Source: the human T2T-CHM13v2.0 reference genome, Homo sapiens. From it: 64,000 nucleotides of DNA. The DNA lies in NCBI RefSeq assembly GCF_009914755.1, contig NC_060941.1. One strand, given 5' to 3'. Shown here in pieces: positions 1-48,499 of this stretch. Numbering within the stretch: the first letter of the stretch is position 1; each line of letters opens with the position of its first letter. The position numbers and the translations under genes are program-made. A model generated the notes under the pieces. That model saw only the letters and a list, made by a program, of their open reading frames with translations. It was not told the origin of the DNA and did no database searches.

Positions 1-327
1 TCCTGCCTCTGCACCACATGTTGGTCGTTCTCATAATATTTCAAACTTTTTCATTGTCATCGTCCGTTATGGTGATCTGTGATGAGTGACCTTTGATGTT
101 AACTATTGTAATTGGTTTTTGGCAAAGCCACGAACTGCCCTTGTTTAAGACAGCAAACTGAATCAAGACATGTCGTGTGTGTACTGACTGCTCGCCGGCT
201 GGCGTTCTTCCATTTCTGTCCCTCTCCTTGGGCCTCCCTATTCTCCAAGACTCAACAGTATTGAAATTAGGCCTACAATGGCCACTAAGTGCTCAAGTGA
301 AAGGAAGAGTCTCATGCCTCTCACTTT

Positions 328-616
<289 letters not shown>

Positions 617-859
617 GCCTCTCACTTTAAATCAAAAGTTAGAAATGATTAAGCTTCATGAGGAAGGCATGTCAAAAGCTGAGATAAGCCAAAAGCTAGG
701 CCTCTTGCACCAAAGGGATAGCCAAGTTGTGAACACAAAGGAAAAGTTTTTGAAGAAAATTTAAAGTGCTGCTCTAATGAACACACAAAAGAAAGGGAAG
801 CAGCCTAATTGCGCGTCTGGAGAAAGTTCAGGTGGTATGGACAGAAGATCAAACCTTCC

Positions 860-1270
860 GGCCGGGCGCGGTGGCTCACGCCTGTAATCCCAGCACTTTG
901 GAAGGCCCAGGCAGGCGGATCACGAGGTCAGGAGATCAAGACCATCCTGGCTAACACGGTGAAACCCCGTCTCTACTAAAAATACAAAAAGTTATCCAGG
1001 CATGGCGGCAGGTGCTGAGGCAGGAGAATCACTTGAACCCAGGAGGCGGAGGTTGCAGTGAGCCGAGATCGCGCCACTGCACTCCAGCCTGGGCAACAGA
1101 GCGAGACTCTGTCTCAAAAAAGAGAATGCACCTGGTGGGCATGCTAGCTCAAGTAATCTCAGCACTTTGGGAGGGCAAGGTGAGAGAATTGCTTGAGGCC
1201 AGGAGTTCTAGACCAGCCTGGGCAACATAGCAAGAGCCTGTCTCTAAAACCGAAAAAAGGAAAGAAAGAA
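860..1270 (+). mobile_element. AluY-like element with internal deletion followed by an Alu monomer
   Basis: Starts ggccgggcgcggtggctcacg, A-tail about 1101; second left-arm monomer about 1130-1270. Confidence 0.8.
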
Positions 1271-1561
1271 AATGTACCTGGTCACCCAAGAGTTTTGATG
1301 GAGCTGGAGCTGTGCAAGATGAATGTTGTTTCCACACCTGTAACACAGCATTTATTCTGCAACCCATGGGTTGAGGAGTAATTTCAACTTTCAAGTCTTA
1401 CTATTGCAGTAATACAGTCTGTAAAGCTATAGCTGTCATAGATAGTGATTACTCTGATGGATCTGAGCAAAGTAAGTTGAAAACCTTCTGGAACAGACTC
1501 ACCATTCTAGATAACGTTAAGGATATTCGTGATTCATGAGAGGAGGTCAAAATATTACTCT

Positions 1562-2407
1562 TGGTTTTTTTGAGGTGGAGTCTTGCTCTGTTGCCCGGGC
1601 TGGAGTGCTATGGTACGATCTTGGCTCACTGCAGCCTCTGCCTCCCGGATTCCAGTAATTCTCTTGCCTCAGACTTCTGAGTAGCTAGGATTACAGGTCC
1701 TTACCACCACACCTGGCTAATTTTTTATATTTTTAGTAGAGATGGGGTTGCAACCGTGTTGGCCAGGCTGGTCTTGAACTCCTAACCTCAAGTGATATGC
1801 TCACCTCAGCCTCCCAAAGTGCTGGGATTACAGGCATGCGCCACCTCAGCCTCCCAAAGTGCTGGGATTACAGGCATGAGCCACCGTGCCTGGCCCAAAA
1901 TATTACTTTTTTTTTTTTTTTTTGAGGTGGAGCTTCTCTTTTGTCGCCCAGGCTGGAGTGCAGTGGCACGATCTCAGCTCACTGAAAACTCCACCTCCCA
2001 GGTTCAAGCAATTCTCCTGCCTTAGTCTCCCAAGTGGCTAAGATTAGAGGCACCTGCCACTACGCCCAACTAATTTTATTTTTTTAAGGTTGGAATTGCT
2101 TTTATTGGGGACAGATGTGCAAGTCCCCGCTCATGGTCAGGTTAGTGTTCTGCCCTTGCAGAGGTGCCAGCAGCCTGACACCTCCATCTGCCGCCCGCCC
2201 CGGGTTAGTGGAACATGCAAAGCTCAGAGGGTGGAGGCAGGGGTGGTCGCTGCTGAAGCCAGACGTCCAGCTAATTTTTGTATTTTTAGTAGAGACGGGT
2301 TTTCACCATGTTAGCTAGGCTGGTCTCGAACTCCTGACCTCAGGTGATCTGCCTGCCTCGGCCTCCCAAAGTGCTGAGATTACAGGCGTGAGCCACTGCG
2401 CCCGGCC
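1562..2407 (-). mobile_element. Two tandem reverse Alus sharing one target site; the second carries an inserted retrocopy
   Basis: Alu consensus; target motif caaaatat(t/c)ac seen three times (about 1548, 1896, 2409). Confidence 0.85.
2078..2262 (-). pseudogene. 5'-truncated processed-pseudogene fragment (3'UTR of an unidentified mRNA) inserted in an Alu linker
   Basis: Non-Alu GC-rich ~185 bp; minus strand has AATAAA (tttatt 2101-2106) about 15 nt before an A-rich tail; flanked by degenerate 16-bp TSD acgcccaactaatttt (2062-2077) / acgtccagctaatttt (2263-2278). Confidence 0.7.
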
Positions 2408-2919
2408 CCAAAATATCACCTTTAATGGCAAAACTGCAATTACTTTTGCACCAACCTAATATCAACATTAACAGAAGTTGATTGTAACGCCTGTGGATGG
2501 CTTTGAGGGCTCAGGACTTCAGCGCAGAAAGTCACTCCCGATGTGGTGGAAACAAGAACTAGAATGAGAAGTGGAGCTGAGATGGGATGGAATTGCTGTG
2601 TTCATATGATCAAACTTTAATGGATGAGGAGTTGCTTCTTACGGATGAGCGTTTTCTTGAGGTGGAATCTGCTCCTGTGAAGATGCCATGCGCATTGTTG
2701 AAATTAACAAAGAATTTAGAATATTCCATAAACTTGGTTGATGAGGCAGCAGCAGGGTTTGAGAGGACTGACTCCAATTTTGCAAGAAGGTCTTGCGTGG
2801 GTAAAATCCTATCAAACAGCATCACATACTACAGAGAAATCTTTCATAAAAGAAGAGTCGATCCATGTGGCAATGGATGTGGCAGGAAGAGTCAATCCAT
2901 TGTCTTATTTTAAGATTGC

Positions 2920-5560
<2,641 letters not shown>

Positions 5561-5562
5561 TC

Positions 5563-8042
5563 TTTTTTTTTTTTTTTTTTTGAGTCAGAGTCTTGCTCTA
5601 TCACCTGGGCTGGAGTGCAGCGGAACAATCTCAGCTTACTGCAACATCCGCCTCCTGGGTTCAAGTGATTCTCATGCCTCAGTGTACCAAGTAGCTGTGA
5701 ACACAGCCACACACCACCACGCCCGGCTAATTTTTTTTGTATTTTTAGTAGAGATGGGGTTTTGTCATGTGGGCCAGGCTTCCTTTCTCTATTGATAGTG
5801 TCTTATCCTTTGAATAAGTTTTTATTCAAATAGTCAGAAAGTACTTTCTTCTTGGACTAGAATAATACCTTCCATATTTTTCTCACATCTCTCCCCAGTC
5901 TTTCAATTCTCTTTCCCAAGCAACCTGTTACTGTTTCATAAAGGTCTTTCCAGATAGATTTCGTTCATACATATGCATTATTCTCGGGTGTTTATCTCTC
6001 CACTTAAAAATCACCCGCGGCCGCTTAGTGTGTCCCGCTCTGCAGCTTGGTGTTTCTTGTGCTGTGTCTTAGAGTTATTCCATGTCAGAACACATAGAAA
6101 TCACCGTTGTTCTTTGCAGTTCTCTTCACACTGTGTTCTAAATGATGCCTGTGCCATAATTTAATCATCCTCATCGATCCATAATGAGGCCCTTTCCTGT
6201 TTTTTGGCTTTTTCTGATCTCATCAGTGGATCAATAAATATCCACACACATTAAAAATAGATACTGGATCACCAGGCACGGTGGCTCATGCCTGTAATCC
6301 CATCACTTTGGGAAGCTGAGGCAGGTGGATCACTTGAGGTCAGGAGTTCGAGACCAGCCTGGCCAACAGGGCGAAACCCTGTCTCTACTAAAAATACAAA
6401 AAAAAAAAAAATAGGCAGGCATGGTGGCACACGCCTGTGGTCCCAGCTACTCAGGCAGCTGAGGCATGAGAATCGCTTGAACCCAGGAGGTTGCAGTCAG
6501 CCGAGATCGCGCCACTGTACTCCAGCCTGAGTGGCAGAGCGAGACTCTGTCTCAAAAAAAAAAATACTGGATGGCCAGGCGCAGTGGCCCACACCTGTAA
6601 TTCCAACACTTTGGGAGGCCGAGGCAGGTGGATCACTTGAGGTCAGGAGTTCAAGACCAGCCTGGCCAACATGGTGAAACCCCATCTCTACAAAAATACA
6701 AAAATTAGCTGGGCATGGTGGCACACACCTGTAATCCCAGCTACTTGAGTGGCTTGAGGCTGCAGTGAGCTGAGATCATGCCATTGCACTCTAGCCTGGG
6801 TAACAGAGTGAGAGACTGTCTCAAAAAAAAAAAAAGAAAGAAAGGAATGAAAGGAATGTTTAAAGTACCGCAGAACATCTCAGAATAATAGGAAAACATG
6901 CCTCACACACACAAAATTCAAATCCTCATGCTGAGGCGTAAGAATGACTTGAACCCAGGAGGCAGAGGTTGCAGTGAGGCAAGATCGTGCCTCTGCACTC
7001 CAACAAATACAGGATTTGAATCTGATTATTTCATTTGAATCAGTATTTTAGATCTGATTATCCGATATCTGTGTTTTAGAGCTTGACGTTAATTACAGGT
7101 ATCTCATCGCAGCATGCCGAGGGGAAAGACAATAGAATTTGAAGTGGGCCCACTGGTGTTCCCTCAGCCACGCTGTTTCCTGCAGACCTTGGGCTAGTGA
7201 TTGAAATGCTCTGAGTCTCAATGGCCACATCTGTAAAGCTGGACTATTTCCTTCCTAGGATTATTGTCATGGTTAAGGAAGGTGGGCAGATGAGAACCCC
7301 TAGCCCAACGTCTGACCCATGCGTCACTTTCCTTCTCCCCATAATCACAGTACAAAAGAGTTGTCAACTTGGGCTTTCAATAGATAATAGTTCTCTTGAT
7401 CTATTTGAAAATAATAGTCAAGATTTGGCTATTGGCTGCAAAAATACAGTGAGGGAGAAGGAACAAGGCCCAGTGTTCAATAGCATGTCACAGTGACTAC
7501 AGTTCACGGTAAGTTAGTGTATATTTCTGAATAGCTAGAGGAAAAGATTTGGAATGTTCTCAACACGAAGGAAGGATCATGTGTGAGGTGATAGATGGCC
7601 GGTTCCCCTGATTTGATCATGACATGCTGTATGCTTGTGTCAAAATATCGCATGTACCTCTCAAATATGTGCCAATCTATCCATAAAAATTTTTTAAAGA
7701 TTTGGCTGCTATTAAAAGAGTTGGTTTCCTGCTGGGTGCAGCGGCTCACACCTGTAATCCCAGCACTTTGGGAGGCCAAGGCAGGCACATTGCTTGAGCT
7801 CAGGAGTTGGAGACCAGCCTGGGCAACACGGTGAAACCCCATCTCTACAAATAGAGTTTAAAAATTAGCCGGGCATGGTGGCGCACACCTGTAATCCCAG
7901 CCACTCAAGAGGTTGAGGCATGAGACTCGCTTGAACCCGGCAGGCGGAGGTTGCAGTGAACCGAGATCGCACCACTGTATTTCAGCCTGGGTTACAGAGT
8001 GAGACTCTGTCTCAAAAAATAAATAAATAAATAAATAAATAA
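5563..8042. mobile_element. Alu cluster (5563-5780 -, 6270-6563 +, 6573-6850 +, 7732-8042 +) with MIR (about 7130-7290) and an L1M 3' end (about 7480-7695)
   Basis: Alu consensus; TSD aagagttgg(t/c)ttcct around the 7732 Alu. Confidence 0.75.
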
Positions 8043-8133
8043 GAGTTGGCTTCCTAATTTATTTCTCTGTGCATTGAGTTCGCCTTAGTGAGCTCCCTCG
8101 TGTGGGGCGCAGCTCTGTGCACTGGCTCTCTGA

Positions 8134-28214
<20,081 letters not shown>

Positions 28215-29050
28215 GGAGCAGCCTGGACCCCGCCTTGCAAGGCCTCCAGGAAGAGATCCGGAATTGTGTTTGTCATGAGGGACTTGGAATCTTTTGTGTT
28301 CCTAAAAACCACATGTACCCTCAGAAGGGCATCGTTTAAGAGAAATAAGCCAGCCCCACCCACAGGAATCTTTTTAGCCACTCAGCAATTTAATAAACCC
28401 GGTAAAATCCTAGCGTTTCCCATGGCATCCCATCGCAAAGACAGAGCCTGTGACTGCAGACCCACACACCCACACTCCCACACTGGGCTTACTCGTCCAG
28501 GTAACACTTTGGTTTGCAGCACTCCCAAATCTGCACGTGCCTCTCACAACACAACGCTGCCACAGGTCCACAAGCTGGTGGGCTGAGCAGAGGTGGGAAA
28601 GTTAAGGCAGCTCCAGCCAGCCTGGCCCGGGAGGCTGGTCCCCCCAGCACTTCCCTCTACTAGGTGCATCTGAAAACCCACAAACCACCTTCTTTACCAG
28701 TTTTCCCATCCCCACCCCTTAGAACTCTCAGGTCCCTTTTCCTGCCCCCATGTCCCCATTTGAGTTAAATTCAGATCCACAGCTTGCAGGAGAAAGTCAG
28801 TGGCCCCAGACACACGTAACAGGGTGAGCACTGAAATAAGAGCACGCTGGGGCGTCCACACCAAGGGACTACGCCCCAGTCTGCCCACCTATCTTTTCTC
28901 CATCATTAACCCAGCGCTCTTTCTCCCTGGACTTCCAAGTACCAATGACCTTGGGGCTTCTTTGCAGTTTAAAGGGAAAATGCTCTACAAAATAATTTCA
29001 CTTTCAAACATTTCAGCAGAAGAATAAAATCTTTTTTCTGAATATCTAGT
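28215..29050 (+). terminator. CCDC40: CCDC40 3'UTR with two AATAAA signals (28392-28397, 29023-29028)
   Basis: Canonical hexamers; 3' end approximate. Confidence 0.7.
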
Positions 29051-29131
29051 AAGCCTTTCTGAGTCAGCCTTACTTATTTTAAAACATTGTAGAAATACAG
29101 AAACCACAACAGAGGTGGAAGGGAGGCTTTT

Positions 29132-29211
29132 GTTTTTTTTTTTTTGAGACGGAGTCTCGCTCTGTCGCCCAGGCTGGAGTGCAGTGGCGCGATCTCGGCT
29201 CGCTGCAAGCT
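29132..29211 (-). mobile_element. 5'-truncated AluY (3' ~66 nt plus tail)
   Basis: Near-perfect AluY 3' end with CpGs intact; 16-bp TSD with 2 mismatches (29116-29131, 29211-29226). Confidence 0.8.
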
Positions 29212-29941
29212 GGAAAGGGGGCTTTTAATGCCCCTATGCCCCTACCCAGGAACAACACCTCTGTGTTTTGGTGTGGCTCCTTTTGTATTTTTCTGCACAT
29301 ACATTTTATTAGGCAAGTTAAGGTTATACTGTGTGTTTTTTGTATCTCACATGTAAAAATGTGCTCCTCTTAATGTAAGCATTTTCTCATTTTATGAAAA
29401 AATTCCCCCTGTGTCAGTTTAATGTTTTCTCAATTGTCAGTTTTATGGGTTATCACAATGTTTTGATTATTCCTTTCTGGAATAACTGTGAGTTATGGAG
29501 CACACTTAAGGACTTTCCAAATGTTGGCTGTTTCTAACTTGGCGCTGAGCGCCTTTGGCCGCCTTTCCGATGATGCCCTCGGGACGCGTTGGCAGGAGGA
29601 ATCCCTGGGCGCAAGGCGCGGCTGGGCCAGCCCCTTACAAAGCCCTACGAGCTGCGGGGACCCAGGCCGGGGCAGCGGGGGCCACGCCCCATCTCCGACC
29701 CCACGGGGACCGGGCCGGGACTGCGCCAGCGGGGGCCTCGCCCCGTCTCTGACCCCAGAGGAACCGGCAGCGGGCAGCACGCGTGGGCCTCTCCCCGCGG
29801 GACGCCGGACGCGCAGCCAGACGCGCTCCCCAGGCCCCCTCCGAGAGCGAGGACGCGCCCAGGCCCGCTCTGCCGGAGCCGCCACTGGGGGGCGTAGCGC
29901 GGACGCGCACCCTTGCCTCGGGCGCCTGCGCGGGAGGCCGC

Positions 29942-29996
29942 GTCACGTGACCCACCGCGGCCCCGCCCCGCGACGAGCTCCCGCCGGTCACGTGAC
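29942..29996. promoter_or_regulatory. Two perfect CLEAR elements GTCACGTGAC (TFEB/TFE3/MITF/USF)
   Basis: Exact palindromes at 29942-29951 and 29987-29996. Confidence 0.92.
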
Positions 29997-30019
29997 CCGC
30001 CTCTGCGCGCCCCCGGGCA

Positions 30020-30329
30020 CGACCCCGGAGTCTCCGCGGGCGGCCAGGGCGCGCGTGCGCGGAGGTGAGCCGGGCCGGGGCTGCGGGGCTTCCCTGAGCG
30101 CGGGCCGGGTCGGTGGGGCGGTCGGCTGCCCGCGCGGCCTCTCAGTTGGGAAAGCTGAGGTTGTCGCCGGGGCCGCGGGTGGAGGTCGGGGATGAGGCAG
30201 CAGGTAGGACAGTGACCTCGGTGACGCGAAGGACCCCGGCCACCTCTAGGTTCTCCTCGTCCGCCCGTTGTTCAGCGAGGGAGGCTCTGCGCGTGCCGCA
30301 GCTGACGGGGAAACTGAGGCACGGAGCGG
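30020..30329 (+). other. GAA: GAA exon 1 (non-coding), containing an alternative 185-nt intron at 30065-30249
   Basis: Donor GAGCGG|gtgaga at 30330; internal donor GGAG|gtgagc (30065) and acceptor cctctag|G (30249). TSS approximate. Confidence 0.8.
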
Positions 30330-30689
30330 GTGAGACACCTGACGTCTGCCCCGCGCTGCCGGCGGTAACATCCCAGAAGCGGGTTTGAACGTGCCTAGCC
30401 GTGCCCCCAGCCTCTTCCCCTGAGCGGAGCTTGAGCCCCAGACCTCTAGTCCTCCCGGTCTTTATCTGAGTTCAGCTTAGAGATGAACGGGGAGCCGCCC
30501 TCCTGTGCTGGGCTTGGGGCTGGAGGCTGCATCTTCCCGTTTCTAGGCTTTCCTTTCCCCTTTTGATCGACGCAGTGCTCAGTCCTGGCCGGGACCCGAG
30601 CCACCTCTCCTGCTCCTGCAGGACGCACATGGCTGGGTCTGAATCCCTGGGGTGAGGAGCACCGTGGCCTGAGAGGGGGCCCCTGGGCC

Positions 30690-31460
30690 AGCTCTGAAAT
30701 CTGAATGTCTCAATCACAAAGACCCCCTTAGGCCAGGCCAGGGGTGACTGTCTCTGGTCTTTGTCCCTGGTTGCTGGCACATAGCACCCGAAACCCTTGG
30801 AAACCGAGTGATGAGAGAGCCTTTTGCTCATGAGGTGACTGATGACCGGGGACACCAGGTGGCTTCAGGATGGAAGCAGATGGCCAGAAAGACCAAGGCC
30901 TGATGACGGGTTGGGATGGAAAAGGGGTGAGGGGCTGGAGATTGAGTGAATCACCAGTGGCTTAGTCAACCATGCCTGCACAATGGAACCCCGTAAGAAC
31001 CCACAGGGATCAGAGGGCTTCCCGCCGGGTTGTGGAACACACCAAGGCACTGGAGGGTGGTGCGAGCAGAGAGCACAGCATCACTGCCCCCACCTCACAC
31101 CAGGCCCTACGCATCTCTTCCATACGGCTGTCTGAGTTTTATCCTTTGTAATAAACCAGCAACTGTAAGAAACGCACTTTCCTGAGTTCTGTGACCCTGA
31201 AGAGGGAGTCCTGGGAACCTCTGAATTTATAACTAGTTGATCGAAAGTACAAGTGACAACCTGGGATTTGCCATTGGCCTCTGAAGTGAAGGCAGTGTTG
31301 TGGGACTGAGCCCTTAACCTGTGGAGTCTGTGCTGACTCCAGGTAGTGTCAAGATTGAATTGAATTGTAGGACACCCAGCCGTGTCCAGAAAGTTGCAGA
31401 ATTGATGGGTGTGAGAAAAACCCTACACATTTGATGTCAGAAGTGTGGGTAAAATGTTTC
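30690..31460 (+). mobile_element. MER21-like LTR in GAA intron 1
   Basis: Recalled MER21 motifs (gaaagaccaaggc, ggggctggagattgagt, atcctttgtaataaacc...ttcctgagttctgtga). Confidence 0.6.
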
Positions 31461-32423
31461 ACCCTCCAGCCCAGAGAGCCCTAATTTACCAGTGGCCCAC
31501 GGTGGAACACCACGTCCGGCCGGGGGCAGAGCGTTCCCAGCCAAGCCTTCTGTAACATGACATGACAGGTCAGACTCCCTCGGGCCCTGAGTTCACTTCT
31601 TCCTGGTATGTGACCAGCTCCCAGTACCAGAGAAGGTCGCACAGTCCTCTGCTCCAAGGAGCTTCACTGGCCAGGGGCTGCTTTCTGAAATCCTTCCCTG
31701 CCTCTGCTCCAAGGCCCGTTCCTCAGAGACGCAGACCCCTCTGATGGCTGACTTTGGTTTGAGGACCTCTCTGCATCCCTCCCCCATGGCCTTGCTCCTA
31801 GGACACCTTCTTCCTCCTTTCCCTGGGGTCAGACTTGCCTAGGTGCGGTGGCTCTCCCAGCCTTCCCCATGCCCTCCCCATGGTGTATTACACACACCAA
31901 AGGGACTCCCCTATTGAAATCCATGCATATTGAATCGCATGTGGGTTCCGGCTGCTCCTGGGAGGAGCCAGGCTAATAGAATGTTTGCCATAAAATATTA
32001 ATGTACAGAGAAGCGAAACAAAGGTCGTTGGTACTTGTTAACCTTACCAGCAGAATAATGAAAGCGAACCCCCATATCTCATCTGCACGCGACATCCTTG
32101 TTGTGTCTGTACCCGAGGCTCCAGGTGCAGCCACTGTTACAGAGACTGTGTTTCTTCCCCATGTACCTCGGGGGCCGGGAGGGGTTCTGATCTGCAAAGT
32201 CGCCAGAGGTTAAGTCCTTTCTCTCTTGTGGCTTTGCCACCCCTGGAGTGTCACCCTCAGCTGCGGTGCCCAGGATTCCCCACTGTGGTATGTCCGTGCA
32301 CCAGTCAATAGGAAAGGGAGCAAGGAAAGGTACTGGGTCCCCCTAAGGACATATGAGTTGCCAGAATCACTTCCGCTGACACCCAGTGGACCAAGCCGCA
32401 CCTTTATGCAGAAGTGGGGCTCC

Positions 32424-32685
32424 CAGCCAGGCGTGGTCACTCCTGAAATCCCAGCACTTCGGAAGGCCAAGGGGGGTGGATCACTTGAGCTCAGGAGTTC
32501 GAGACCAGCCTGGGTAACATGGCAAAATCCCGTCTCTACAAAAATACAGAAAATTAGCTGGGTGCGGTGGTGTGTGCCTACAGTCCCAGCTACTCAGGAG
32601 GCTGAAGTGGGAGGATTGCTTGAGTCTGGGAGGTGGAGGTTGCAGTGAGCCAGGATCTCACCACAGCACTCTGGCCCAGGCGACA
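32424..32685 (+). mobile_element. AluJ/S in GAA intron 1
   Basis: Alu consensus. Confidence 0.85.
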
Positions 32686-32839
32686 GCTGTTTGGCCTGTT
32701 TCAAGTGTCTACCTGCCTTGCTGGTCTTCCTGGGGACATTCTAAGCGTGTTTGATTTGTAACATTTTAGCAGACTGTGCAAGTGCTCTGCACTCCCCTGC
32801 TGGAGCTTTTCTCGCCCTTCCTTCTGGCCCTCTCCCCAG

Positions 32840-32941
32840 TCTAGACAGCAGGGCAACACCCACCCTGGCCACCTTACCCCACCTGCCTGGGTGCTGCAGT
32901 GCCAGCCGCGGTTGATGTCTCAGAGCTGCTTTGAGAGCCCC
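32840..32941 (+). other. GAA: Natural 102-nt pseudo-exon in GAA intron 1 (c.-32-154 to c.-32-53)
   Basis: Long pyrimidine tract + cag| at 32839; donor CCC|gtgagt at 32942. Confidence 0.7.
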
Positions 32942-33001
32942 GTGAGTGCCGCCCCTCCCGCCTCCCTGCTGAGCCCGCTTTCTTCTCCCGCAGGCCTGTA
33001 G

Positions 33002-47810
<14,809 letters not shown>

Positions 47811-48336
47811 CCGGGCGGAGTGTGTTAGTCTCTCCAGAGGGAGGCTGGTTCCCCAGGGAAGCAGAGCCTGTGTGCGGGCAGCAGCTGTGTGCGGGCCTGG
47901 GGGTTGCATGTGTCACCTGGAGCTGGGCACTAACCATTCCAAGCCGCCGCATCGCTTGTTTCCACCTCCTGGGCCGGGGCTCTGGCCCCCAACGTGTCTA
48001 GGAGAGCTTTCTCCCTAGATCGCACTGTGGGCTGGGGCCCTGGAGGGCTGCTCTGTGTTAATAAGATTGTAAGGTTTGCCCTCCTCACCTGTTGCCGGCA
48101 TGCGGGTAGTATTAGCCACCCCCCTCCATCTGTTCCCAGCACCGGAGAAGGGGGTGCTCAGGTGGAGGTGTGGGGTATGCACCTGAGCTCCTGCTTCGCG
48201 CCTGCTGCTCTGCCCCAACGCGACCGCTGCCCGGCTGCCCAGAGGGCTGGATGCCTGCCGGTCCCCGAGCAAGCCTGGGAACTCAGGAAAATTCACAGGA
48301 CTTGGGAGATTCTAAATCTTAAGTGCAATTATTTTT

Positions 48337-48342
48337 AATAAA
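48337..48342 (+). terminator. GAA: GAA polyadenylation signal AATAAA (3'UTR about 47811-48360)
   Basis: First canonical hexamer after the stop codon, preceded by a U-rich element. Confidence 0.88.
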
Positions 48343-48499
48343 AGGGGCATTTGGAATCAGCTTCTGCGGGTCTCTCTGGGATTCAGGGCAGGGAGGATGT
48401 ATCCAGGGGCCCTGGAACAGAGGCAGCTCCTTTGTCCTCAGCAGGCCCCCAGACATTCCCACAGTGGGTGTGCGCCGTCCTCTGTCTCAAGCCGGCATC

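Larger units (their letters stand above)
29540..30400 (+). promoter_or_regulatory. GAA: GAA CpG-island, TATA-less promoter
   Basis: Very high GC and CpG content; GC box ccccgcccc at 29961-29969; no TATA box. Confidence 0.9.

Noticed and set aside
29488-30195. 235-aa ORF over the GAA promoter
   Set aside because: Non-ATG start in a GC-rich CpG island with few stop codons; no recognisable domain.
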